From contig CAWVXU010000047.1 in assembly GCA_963934255.1 (NCBI GenBank), positions 1-20,054 on the forward strand: a DNA stretch of 20,054 bases. Reading direction: 5' to 3'. A program made the position numbers and the translations under genes. The notes under the pieces were generated by a model. That model saw only the letters and a list, made by a program, of their open reading frames with translations, made no database searches and was not told the DNA's origin. The DNA comes from an uncultured Fibrobacterales bacterium (GTDB lineage: Bacteria; Fibrobacterota; Fibrobacteria; Fibrobacterales; CAWVXU01). Positions within the stretch are counted from its first letter, which is position 1; each line of letters starts with the position of its first letter. Below, in pieces: positions 8,277 through 16,503 of the stretch.

Positions 8277-9455
8277 GTGCAATATGATGTAAAGGGTGAA
8301 ATCATCCATTGGGATGAAAAATTATTCTGGTTAAAAATACAACGTTGCCCAGGTCTCGGCGTAAGATCTTGGTTTAAATTTCAATCACTTAACCAATTTG
8401 AGCTTCAAGAGTTAAACCCAATTTCCTGGAGAAGCCTGGACTTGAGTATGAAAACCTGGACGATCTTTCAATCAGAAACTCTGCAAGCTCAATGCCTTAA
8501 AGAATTAGAATGGGGATACCTACATCATATCCATATTATTCACTGGCGTAGTGATTTCTATCCTCGTAGTCTGAAACAAAGCCAATGGGCTCACCCTGTT
8601 CTGAGTTTTTATTCTGAACAAAATTTATCAGAATTAGATATTCAACTGAAGCTTAAATCAATCAATGAAAAGCTCTGCTTTGGTATTGTGGGCAGCAGGA
8701 AATCTTCTACTGAAGCTAAGATTAAGTTGAATAACCTTTTTGATTGGGTGAAAACGCAATCCCCTATTTGTATTGTTTCTGGCCTTGCCAAAGGAATGGA
8801 CACTATTGCTCATCAATTTGCTCTTGACCAAGGTATTGAAACAATTGCCCTCATCGGTGAAGGTTTCGCTCCTTACTTATTACGAAAATCTCATTGGCAT
8901 TCCAAACTCATTATTGCCTCTCAATTTGCCCCTCAGATGGCAGCCTCAAAATCAAGCTTCCCTTTGAGGAATCAAGTGATTGCTGGTATAAGTGAAGGTT
9001 TACTTGTGGTTGAAAGTCAAACACGCGGTGGCTCATTGATTACTGCACAGATGGCTTTAGATGATGGAAAAGCACTTTGGGCTCATCCGGGTAATTGGAA
9101 CTCTCACCTATCTCAAGGCCCTTTAAACCTTATTAGTCTCGGCGCCACAGCCATGTGGAAAAGTGAACAGAGTCTTGAATATTTTCAAAGCTTTTTCCCG
9201 CATTTTAATTGGGACCTAAGTATTTCATCAATGAAACAGCTTGAGGGTCCAGTAACTCATCACCCTATCCTTCAAGATTTGGATAGGGTCACTCAAAGGG
9301 TTTACTTCGAAATAAAGAATGGAATTGAGAGTATATCCGAACTTTTAGGGATTTTAAAAATTGATGGGAAAACTTTAATAGCCGCACTCAGCTTATTAGA
9401 AGTGATGGATCTCATTTATTCAAATATTCAAAACCATTGGTTTGTTTGTAATTAA
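8277..9455 (+). CDS. dprA: DNA-processing protein DprA/Smf
   Basis: GIVGSRK, IVSGLAKGMD.IAH, FPLRNQVIAGIS, VVES..GGSLITA, and a C-terminal winged-helix-like LSLLEVMDLI. GTG start with a GAGG RBS. Confidence 0.9.
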   Translation: MQYDVKGEIIHWDEKLFWLKIQRCPGLGVRSWFKFQSLNQFELQELNPISWRSLDLSMKTWTIFQSETLQAQCLKELEWGYLHHIHIIHWRSDFYPRSLKQSQWAHPVLSFYSEQNLSELDIQLKLKSINEKLCFGIVGSRKSSTEAKIKLNNLFDWVKTQSPICIVSGLAKGMDTIAHQFALDQGIETIALIGEGFAPYLLRKSHWHSKLIIASQFAPQMAASKSSFPLRNQVIAGISEGLLVVESQTRGGSLITAQMALDDGKALWAHPGNWNSHLSQGPLNLISLGATAMWKSEQSLEYFQSFFPHFNWDLSISSMKQLEGPVTHHPILQDLDRVTQRVYFEIKNGIESISELLGILKIDGKTLIAALSLLEVMDLIYSNIQNHWFVCN

Positions 9456-9478
9456 TCAGGAATCTTTTTAGTCGCCTT

Positions 9479-9487
9479 TGCTATATT
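9479..9487 (+). promoter_or_regulatory. Extended -10 element 7 nt before the ftsB-like ATG
   Basis: TGcTATATT-tacttat-ATG; no SD sequence. Confidence 0.5.
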
Positions 9488-9494
9488 TACTTAT

Positions 9495-9812
9495 ATGAAA
9501 AAAGCTGCTGCCATTATCATCATTGTCCTACTAGTTATTTACGGTGTGATTAGAACATTTCTTGGCTCTAATGGCCTGATTAGGCAATTTGCTATTAATG
9601 ATGAAAACCTCAGACTACAGATGGAGATTGACTCCTTGAAATCTGAGGTTATTTTAAAAAATAAAGAGATAATAGGCCTCCAAGAAAACCTATTCGTTAT
9701 TGAAAAAAAGGCACGAACTCAAATGGGGATGACCAAAAAGGGAGAGGTTGTTTTTAAATTTAGCACTTCTGATTCTCAAAATAAGAATCTGATCAAAAGG
9801 AAGAATGACTAG
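9495..9812 (+). CDS. ftsB: Septum formation initiator, FtsB/DivIC family
   Basis: N-terminal TM helix, FLGSNGL, a coiled coil, then IEKKARTQMGMTKKGEVVF. Confidence 0.85.
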   Translation: MKKAAAIIIIVLLVIYGVIRTFLGSNGLIRQFAINDENLRLQMEIDSLKSEVILKNKEIIGLQENLFVIEKKARTQMGMTKKGEVVFKFSTSDSQNKNLIKRKND

Positions 9813-9830
9813 ATCAAATAAGGTCTAGTT
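9807..9830 (+). terminator. Hairpin between convergent ftsB and HTH-PAS genes
   Basis: GACTAGATC-aaataa-GGTCTAGTT, a 9-bp stem with 2 G-U pairs and a weak U tail. Confidence 0.3.
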
Positions 9831-9881
9831 GGTTCTAATTAGTTCTCGTTAAATAGAAATAAATGAGAATTCACGAATAGT

Positions 9882-10430
9882 CTAATTATCTTGACTTTTG
9901 AATACAAGGAGATACCCACCCTTAAGATTGACATCCACATAATATCTCGAAACAACTACACGAGTGCGCAACTCTTTGCTGCCCTTGAGCTCATGTCGAG
10001 CATAAAATTCCAAAGTACTCCCTTGCCATGGTGATCTAATCATATATTCCATGCCAGACCCAGAACCTTCAACTCGAGTAGAAATCTTATCAATAGGCTG
10101 ATGCATCATTTCAATAAGTGAGTATCCAAATAACTCAGATGCACCTTCATTCCATGAAGAAACAGCACCTTCTTTATCTACCACAACAATAGGGTCAACT
10201 TTTTTGACCTGGACAGAAGATGATTTCTTTAAAAGGCTTTCATAGATATCTCCATCAAGTGCCTCCGTTGAAATGCCTATTTCATTAATGTAAGAAAGAA
10301 CTGAGGCTTCTGTAAGTCTTCTCGGACCTTTGCCGATTCTCTCGTATGGTAATCGACCTTGATCAAGCCAATTAATAACTGTTTGTGCTGAAACATGAAA
10401 GAGTTTAGCGACTTCTCCAGTGGTAAGCAT
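9882..10430 (-). CDS. Excisionase/BldC-like (MerR superfamily) HTH plus PAS domain, putative one-component regulator
   Basis: N-terminal MLTTGEVAKLFHVSAQTVINWLDQGRLPYERIGKGPRR; C-terminal PAS signature IVVVDKEGAVSSWNEGASELFGYSLIEM. Start moved to the ATG at 10430, which has a GGAGG RBS. Confidence 0.85.
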   Translation of the reverse strand: MLTTGEVAKLFHVSAQTVINWLDQGRLPYERIGKGPRRLTEASVLSYINEIGISTEALDGDIYESLLKKSSSVQVKKVDPIVVVDKEGAVSSWNEGASELFGYSLIEMMHQPIDKISTRVEGSGSGMEYMIRSPWQGSTLEFYARHELKGSKELRTRVVVSRYYVDVNLKGGYLLVFKSQDN

Positions 10431-10463
10431 ATGGACCTCCAAGACTAAGTGTCATCCCTTTTT

Positions 10464-10493
10464 ATTCTACGACACATCCAGGAGGAACTTCAA
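10464..10493 (-). promoter_or_regulatory. Putative promoter of the HTH-PAS gene
   Basis: TTGAAG-18 nt-TAGAAT on the minus strand. Confidence 0.5.
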
Positions 10494-10541
10494 TCAATTT
10501 AAAGCAAATTGGTAAAAAAAACAAAACTTTTCAAATAATTC

Positions 10542-10571
10542 AAAAAAACCCTTTTTTTAGGCTAAAAAGGG
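10542..10571 (-). terminator. Probable intrinsic terminator of the arg-isp operon
   Basis: Minus strand CCCTTTTT-agcctaa-AAAAAGGG followed by T7, inside a longer imperfect inverted repeat (10538-10583). Confidence 0.5.
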
Positions 10572-10708
10572 CAATTTTTGAATCAAGTGTGAAAACAAAT
10601 TTGAGATAATTTAGTTTTTTTGCTTAAACCCTTGAGAATACGCACTTAGAATTACTCAAAAAACTCAATTTTCAAACTTTTACTACCTTGAAATATCAAA
10701 TAAAGCTC

Positions 10709-11197
10709 TTAAATAGCTTTCTTGATTGAAGCAACTGCTTGAGCTGCTATACCTTCTTGGCGGCCTAAGAATCCCATTTTTTCATTAGTGGTGGCCTTGA
10801 CCCCGAGCCTTGACGCTTCTAAACCTAAAACTTCTGACATTCTGTTTTGCATAGCCACTCTGTGGGGGTTAATCTTGGGGACTTCTGCAATCACTACAGA
10901 ATCAATATTGACTATTTCAAATCCGTTGGCACGGAGGTGATTAGCTACATGCTCAAGAATTTTCATTGAGTCCATGCCTTTGAACTGCGCATCAGTATCT
11001 GGGAAGAATGTCCCAATATCTCCAAAACCACCAGCACCTAGAAGAGCATCTGCAATTGCATGAGCGAGCACATCAGCATCTGAGTGGCCAAGTAAACCTT
11101 TGTGGAAATTAATCTTCACTCCACCAATTATACAGTCACGGCCTTCTACTAATTTGTGGACATCATATCCGATGCCTGATCTATATTCAAATGACAT
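10709..11197 (-). CDS. ispF: 2-C-methyl-D-erythritol 2,4-cyclodiphosphate synthase
   Basis: GIGYDVH, GHSDADVLAHAIADALLGA, GDIG..FPDTD, KATTNEKMGFLGRQEGIAA. Confidence 0.98.
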   Translation of the reverse strand: MSFEYRSGIGYDVHKLVEGRDCIIGGVKINFHKGLLGHSDADVLAHAIADALLGAGGFGDIGTFFPDTDAQFKGMDSMKILEHVANHLRANGFEIVNIDSVVIAEVPKINPHRVAMQNRMSEVLGLEASRLGVKATTNEKMGFLGRQEGIAAQAVASIKKAI

Positions 11198-11214
11198 TTC
11201 TAATTCTTTCGCTT

Positions 11215-11940
11215 TTAATTTTTATTATGGTTAGCTACTTGAAGCCAGCTTTGAAATTTTGAAAGATCTTCAGGGGTGGTGAGTTTATCATTCCAACTTG
11301 AGCCTTCAATAAGGTGGACATCAATGCCACAAGCTTCAAGAACTGAAGCTTCATCAGTAGGGTTTTGATCTGTTTGACTCATCGAATCAAAACAATCAAT
11401 GAGGAGTTGCTTAGAACTTCCCTGGGGAGTTTGCGCCAACCAAATTTCATCTCGATTCAATGTTTCATCCACAATAGAGCTTGTGATGACATTTGAATTC
11501 AAGGACTTATTTACTTGGCTGGCGGTCCTTGAACGCTTGATGGTATCAACTGCTTTTAGGGCCACCACAAACGAACGATCAGCCTGAAGCTCACTTATAC
11601 AGGATTCTAAAAGCGACTGAGGTAAAAACGGACGAGCCACATCGTGTACCATCACACTTTTAACATCATCACTTAAAGCTTGAAGACCGTTATAAACTGA
11701 ATTCCAACGTTCTTTGCCACCAACGACAACCTTGATAGGTAGATCTTTGAATTCGTCTGAGAAGTGAGCTAACCAATCGGCGCCACATACAAAAACAATC
11801 TCAGAGATAAGAGGGTGCTCTAGGAAAACATCAAGGGCGTGCCGATAAATCGGACGCCCCTGAATTTCCAAAAACTGTTTGGGCTTATCGCCGCCCATAC
11901 GAGCGCCAACTCCCCCAGCTGGAATTACTACACCAATCAA
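11215..11940 (-). CDS. ispD: 2-C-methyl-D-erythritol 4-phosphate cytidylyltransferase
   Basis: PAGGVGARMG..KPKQF, GGKER..SV, VHDVARP, AQTPQ, TDEAS, KLTTPEDL. TTG start 1 nt after the argG stop. Confidence 0.96.
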   Translation of the reverse strand: MIGVVIPAGGVGARMGGDKPKQFLEIQGRPIYRHALDVFLEHPLISEIVFVCGADWLAHFSDEFKDLPIKVVVGGKERWNSVYNGLQALSDDVKSVMVHDVARPFLPQSLLESCISELQADRSFVVALKAVDTIKRSRTASQVNKSLNSNVITSSIVDETLNRDEIWLAQTPQGSSKQLLIDCFDSMSQTDQNPTDEASVLEACGIDVHLIEGSSWNDKLTTPEDLSKFQSWLQVANHNKN

Positions 11941-11941
11941 C

Positions 11942-13291
11942 TTAGAACTCTACCGGAGACTTATCACCTAATTTCAATTGACGCGTCACCATTGGTAATC
12001 CAAAGCAACGGATAAAACCATTGGCATCTTCTTGGTTGTATGTCTCAACATCAGAAAATCCACCAAGCTCGTCATCATAAATGGAGTACGGGCTAGAGAT
12101 GTGTGTTGGAATCATGTTGCCTTTGTAAAGTTTTAAAGTCACTTTACCTGTTACTACTTTTTGAGTCTCAGTCACAAATGCATCTAGTGCTTGGCGAAGA
12201 GGTACAAACCACTCACCGTTATACACAAGGTTTGCATAAGTATTTGCCATGTGCAGTTTTTCTTGAGATGTAGACTTGTCTAGTACTAAGGATTCAAGAA
12301 GCTCATGAGCTTTATATAGTACTGTGCCTCCTGGAGTTTCATAGACTCCGCGAGATTTAAGTCCTACCAGACGGTTCTCTACAATATCAAGAAGTCCTAC
12401 TGCATGTTCACCGGCTATTTTATTGAGCGCTTCAAGAAGTTTGATTGCGCCCATTTTTTTACCATTCACAGAAACTGGATTGCCTTTTTCAAAACCAACA
12501 GTTACATACTCGGCTTTGTTAGGAGCTTTTTCGTAAGTGTTTGTCATAGTCAACATGTCGTAATTATGTTCTGTCTCTGGGAATTCAAGGATTCCGCCTT
12601 CGTGAGATAGATGCCAGAGGTTACCATCTTCAGAGTAAATCTTAGTCTTAGATATCCCACCAAGAGGGATGCCTTTTTCTTCAGCATAATCAATACACTC
12701 TTCACGCGAAGAAAGGGTCCACTTAGGGTCTTTCCAAGGAGCAATGATTTGAATCTTAGGGTCAATTGCAAGGTAAGTTAGTTCGAAACGCACTTGGTCA
12801 TTGCCTTTACCAGTTGCACCATGAGAAACAGCTGTTGCGCCTTCTTTTTGAGCAATCAGCATCTGATGCTTTGCAATCAGCGGACGTGCAAATGAAGTAC
12901 CTAGTAGATATGTGTTTTCGTATTTGGCACCTGCGCGAAGTGTTGGCCAGACGTAGTCTTCTAAGAATTCTTTACGAAGATCTAGTACGTAACATTTCTT
13001 TGCACCCGATGCGATTGCTTTTTTCTTAAGCGCTTTGGCATCAATATCACCTTGACCCACATCAGCTGCATAAGCAATCACATCACAATCATAGTTTTCA
13101 ATCAACCAAGGAATGATAATAGAAGTATCAAGACCACCAGAATACGCAAGAACAACTTTCAGTTTTTCTTTCTTAGGTGCTTTTTTAGTAGGAGCTTTTT
13201 TAGCTGCTACTTTTTTTGTAGGAGCTTTCTTCGCTACTACTTTTTTAGCTGCTTTTTTAGGAGCCGCTTTTGCTTTTTTAACTTCAGCCAT
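11942..13291 (-). CDS. argG: Argininosuccinate synthase with a Lys/Ala-rich N-terminal extension
   Basis: VVLAYSGGLDTS, LGTSFARPLIAK, HGATGKGNDQVRFE, ENRLVGLKSRGVYETPG. AGAGG RBS before the ATG at 13291. Confidence 0.98.
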   Translation of the reverse strand: MAEVKKAKAAPKKAAKKVVAKKAPTKKVAAKKAPTKKAPKKEKLKVVLAYSGGLDTSIIIPWLIENYDCDVIAYAADVGQGDIDAKALKKKAIASGAKKCYVLDLRKEFLEDYVWPTLRAGAKYENTYLLGTSFARPLIAKHQMLIAQKEGATAVSHGATGKGNDQVRFELTYLAIDPKIQIIAPWKDPKWTLSSREECIDYAEEKGIPLGGISKTKIYSEDGNLWHLSHEGGILEFPETEHNYDMLTMTNTYEKAPNKAEYVTVGFEKGNPVSVNGKKMGAIKLLEALNKIAGEHAVGLLDIVENRLVGLKSRGVYETPGGTVLYKAHELLESLVLDKSTSQEKLHMANTYANLVYNGEWFVPLRQALDAFVTETQKVVTGKVTLKLYKGNMIPTHISSPYSIYDDELGGFSDVETYNQEDANGFIRCFGLPMVTRQLKLGDKSPVEF

Positions 13292-13302
13292 TTTTGCCTC
13301 TT

Positions 13303-14523
13303 TTAATTTATCTCTTGAAACACAGTTTCTAGTGTCTCTAAGAATTGTTCAACTTCGCTCACTTCCACATTAAGTGGAGGTAAAAACCTCAATACATTGG
13401 CACCAGCTCTTGCAATAATCAAACCTTTGGCTTGACAGGCACTAATGACGTCAGCAGGATTAAGAGTTGTTTCAAGTCCTAGTAATAGTCCTTGACCTCT
13501 TATGTTGCCTAAAAATTCATACTTATCGGATAATTTTTTTAATCCATGTTGTATCAACTTAGATTTCTCTTGGACATTGTCAAGAAATCCTTCAGATAAT
13601 ACTGTATCTACTACAACTTGTCCTGCCGCACAAGAAACCGGGTTACCACCAAATGTGGTTCCATGATCCCCAGGTACAATCGCATCTGCATATTGTTGAC
13701 CCAATAAAACGGCCCCTAATGGAAGCCCACCACCGATAGGTTTGGCCATGCTGACAATATCTGGTTGGTAGCCAATACTTGTTGAACCAAGGAATGTCCC
13801 TAGCCTCCCACCACCTGTTTGAATCTCATCTGCACATAGAATAATCTCATGTTGTTCTTTCATTGCATGAAGAGCATTCACAAAATCTGCACTTGGAGTA
13901 AGGATTCCACCTTCTGCTAAAATTGGCTCCATCAATATTGCTGCTGTTTTATTTGAGCAGGCAGCCCTAAGACCTTCAATATCATTTAATTTAAGAACTG
14001 TGACTCCAGGGACAAGTGGTCCAAAGTTCTCTTGTAACCTAGATTGTCCTGTAAGTGCTAATGCACCACATGTTCTACCGTGAAAGGAATTTTCAAAGGT
14101 GATGATTTCAATTCTGTCAGTTTGACCTTTCAAGGCCCAATATTTTCTGACAAATTTCAACAAGGCTTCATTGGCCTCAGTACCTGAATTACAAAAGAAC
14201 ACTCTGTCTTGAGAGCAGGCTTTTGCCAGGGTTGCCGCAAGCTTTGACTGAGCCGGCATTTGAACGAGGTTACTGAGGTGGATATATTGGCTAGCTTGAG
14301 TATTGATAGCAGCTAGGATCCCCTGATGAGCATGCCCAAGAGAGTTGACTGCAATACCCGATAAGAAGTCTAGATAAGAATTACCGCTGACATCAAAAAG
14401 AAAAGACCCTTTGCCATGAGTAAATTCTATCGGGTTGCGCGGATAGACTTGCATATGATATTGCTTTTCTAAATCTGCAGGTTTGACTTCTTCGACTGGC
14501 TTAGTTGTGGATGATAGTGCCAT
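13303..14523 (-). CDS. argD: Acetylornithine aminotransferase
   Basis: YLDFLSGIAVNSLGH, FFCNSGTEANE, SFHGRT, DEIQTG.GR.G, AKPIGGGLP (PLP Lys), HGTTFGGNP; arg cluster context. Confidence 0.93.
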   Translation of the reverse strand: MALSSTTKPVEEVKPADLEKQYHMQVYPRNPIEFTHGKGSFLFDVSGNSYLDFLSGIAVNSLGHAHQGILAAINTQASQYIHLSNLVQMPAQSKLAATLAKACSQDRVFFCNSGTEANEALLKFVRKYWALKGQTDRIEIITFENSFHGRTCGALALTGQSRLQENFGPLVPGVTVLKLNDIEGLRAACSNKTAAILMEPILAEGGILTPSADFVNALHAMKEQHEIILCADEIQTGGGRLGTFLGSTSIGYQPDIVSMAKPIGGGLPLGAVLLGQQYADAIVPGDHGTTFGGNPVSCAAGQVVVDTVLSEGFLDNVQEKSKLIQHGLKKLSDKYEFLGNIRGQGLLLGLETTLNPADVISACQAKGLIIARAGANVLRFLPPLNVEVSEVEQFLETLETVFQEIN

Positions 14524-15301
14524 AATTAATTTTTCCTTGAATTTGATCCACTAAGTCTTGGGCGCTTTTCCAACCTAAGATATGAACCTTTGATACTCCG
14601 TTTTCTACCGAGTCTATACAACTTTGAACTTTAGGAATCATACCACCAAGGATAACTCCTGACTCAATTTTAGATTCAATAGATCGTCGGTCCATAGTTG
14701 GCATCACAATTTTGTTTTCCATCACACCCGGAACATCTGATATAAATAAGAGTTGATCCACTTTTAATGCCTTGGCGATTTCACTTGCCGCTACATCAGC
14801 ATTGACATTGAGGGATTGCTCGCCACCGCCCCATGAGACAGGGGATACCACTGGTAAATAGCAGCCTGCCCATAAATGTTGGATGATCGCAGGGTTGACT
14901 TGGTCTACTTGACCGACAAATCCGAGGTCAAGATCACTTTGTTTCTTAGAGGCTTCTATCAGTCCTGCATCAACAGAGCTGATGCCTACTGCCTGGCATT
15001 TTTGAGTAAGGAGTAATTTAACGAGTTTCTTATTTACAAATCCACTCAATGTCATTTCAACCATTTTGAGAACAGATGCGTCAGTGACTCTTAAACCATC
15101 AATAAAACGAGGTGGCTGCCTGAGTAGCTCTAGGTTTTCATTGATATCTTTGCCACCACCGTGTACGAGTATCAATCTATAGCCAGAAATACTCAGTTGA
15201 GCAAGAGCTTGACATAATCCACTCAAGGCCTGGTCATCTACAGCCATTGAACCGCCAATTTTAATGGCAAGTGTTTTTGTAATGCTGGTAGTTTGAGACA
15301 T
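14501..15301 (-). CDS. argB: Acetylglutamate kinase
   Basis: IKIGG, VHGGGKDI, FIDGLRVTD, DLGFVG, LNVNAD, GGMIPKV. Start moved to the ATG at 15301 (AAGGA RBS). Overlaps argD by 23 nt. Confidence 0.95.
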   Translation of the reverse strand: MSQTTSITKTLAIKIGGSMAVDDQALSGLCQALAQLSISGYRLILVHGGGKDINENLELLRQPPRFIDGLRVTDASVLKMVEMTLSGFVNKKLVKLLLTQKCQAVGISSVDAGLIEASKKQSDLDLGFVGQVDQVNPAIIQHLWAGCYLPVVSPVSWGGGEQSLNVNADVAASEIAKALKVDQLLFISDVPGVMENKIVMPTMDRRSIESKIESGVILGGMIPKVQSCIDSVENGVSKVHILGWKSAQDLVDQIQGKINYGTIIHN

Positions 15302-15343
15302 TGAATTTCCTTGTGTAAATTTCAAATTAATCTATGGTCTTAA

Positions 15344-16375
15344 TTATACTTCTAATCCGAGTTCAGAAGCAACACCGAGTGCAATATTCATATTTTGCAA
15401 TGCCTGACCTGATGCACCTTTGACAAGGTTATCAATCACAGATACTATCACAACTTGTGATTCGTTATGAGTTGGCTGGCTGTATATCATACATTGGTTA
15501 GTTCCACGAACCCAAGAAGTCTTAGGGATCTTTTCAGAAATACTTACAAATGTCGCCTCAGCATATGTTTCTCTCAGAGTCTCTTGAATTTGAGCATAAC
15601 TGACACCAGTCTTTGGCTTGACATAAATCGTACTCAATATCCCTCTTGCTATTGGAAGTAGGTGAGGCGTAAAAGTTATGCTAACCTCTTCACCTGACGC
15701 AAGACTTAATTGTTCATTAATTTCTGAACAATGTCTGTGTGTATCACCGATACCATATGCTGTAAAACTATCATGGACTTCCATGAAATGGGTACCTTCA
15801 GAGATTTTTTTACCCGCGCCAGAAGTCCCAGATTTGGAATCAGAAATGATCCCATGAGCTTCAATTAACCCCTTCTGAAGAAGTGGAATCAATGGCAAAA
15901 GAATCGAGGTCGGGTAACAGCCTGGACTGCCAATCAGTTTAGATGATTTCACTTCTTCAGCAAAAAGATCACAAAGCCCATAGATGCTTTTTTCAAGAAG
16001 CTCAGGCCTTGGGTGTGGACAATAATATTGTTCGTATAGTGCTGCAGAATTAAGACGAAAGTCAGCAGAAAGGTCGACAATAACGACATCTTCTTTATCT
16101 AAGAATAGTTTTAATTCTTCGGCCGCAGTTTGGTGAGGTAGGCATGAAAAAACACCTGCTACCGATCTTTGACTAGCATCCACCATTGAAATAAAGCTGA
16201 GTGCTCCAGCCAGTTTACCCGTTAAAGCCGGAAACACCTGATCTAGCCTTTGGCCAGCATATCTCTCTGAAGTTATGAAGTCAATTTCAAACTCAGAATG
16301 GTTTCTTAAAAGACGTAGTAATTCTATGCCTGTGTAACCTGTGGCACCTAATATGCCGATTTTTTTATTTTTCAT
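15344..16375 (-). CDS. argC: N-acetyl-gamma-glutamyl-phosphate reductase
   Basis: IGILGATGYTG.EL, DLSADFRL, PGCYPT (catalytic Cys), SGTSGAG, DNLVKGASGQALQNMN. Start moved to the ATG at 16375. Confidence 0.97.
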   Translation of the reverse strand: MKNKKIGILGATGYTGIELLRLLRNHSEFEIDFITSERYAGQRLDQVFPALTGKLAGALSFISMVDASQRSVAGVFSCLPHQTAAEELKLFLDKEDVVIVDLSADFRLNSAALYEQYYCPHPRPELLEKSIYGLCDLFAEEVKSSKLIGSPGCYPTSILLPLIPLLQKGLIEAHGIISDSKSGTSGAGKKISEGTHFMEVHDSFTAYGIGDTHRHCSEINEQLSLASGEEVSITFTPHLLPIARGILSTIYVKPKTGVSYAQIQETLRETYAEATFVSISEKIPKTSWVRGTNQCMIYSQPTHNESQVVIVSVIDNLVKGASGQALQNMNIALGVASELGLEV

Positions 16376-16382
16376 GGGTCTA

Positions 16383-16411
16383 AAGATAAAATTTGGCACC
16401 AAATACTACAA
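16383..16411 (-). promoter_or_regulatory. Putative arg operon promoter with a palindrome in its spacer
   Basis: TTGTAG-17 nt-TATCTT-7 nt-ATG. The spacer contains ATTTGG-ca-CCAAAT (16391-16404). Confidence 0.55.
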
Positions 16412-16503
16412 GGATGATAGCTGGTAAAAAAAGCCTGTTTTTTGCTTTTTTACGTTGGATAATCATACAAGCATGAAAAAAAACACCTTTAAGGGTTTTT
16501 TAT

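Noticed and set aside
9882..10442. Excisionase-like HTH as a sign of a prophage or integrative element
   Set aside because: No integrase, att repeats, tRNA or phage genes; it is fused to PAS and flanked by core genes.
13052..13373. Hydrophobic plus-strand ORFs (84 and 86 aa)
   Set aside because: Antisense read-out of the Lys/Ala codons of the argG tail.
16393..16408. TGGCAC as a sigma-54 -24 element (also at 7023-7028 on the minus strand)
   Set aside because: No TTGC -12 element at the required spacing.
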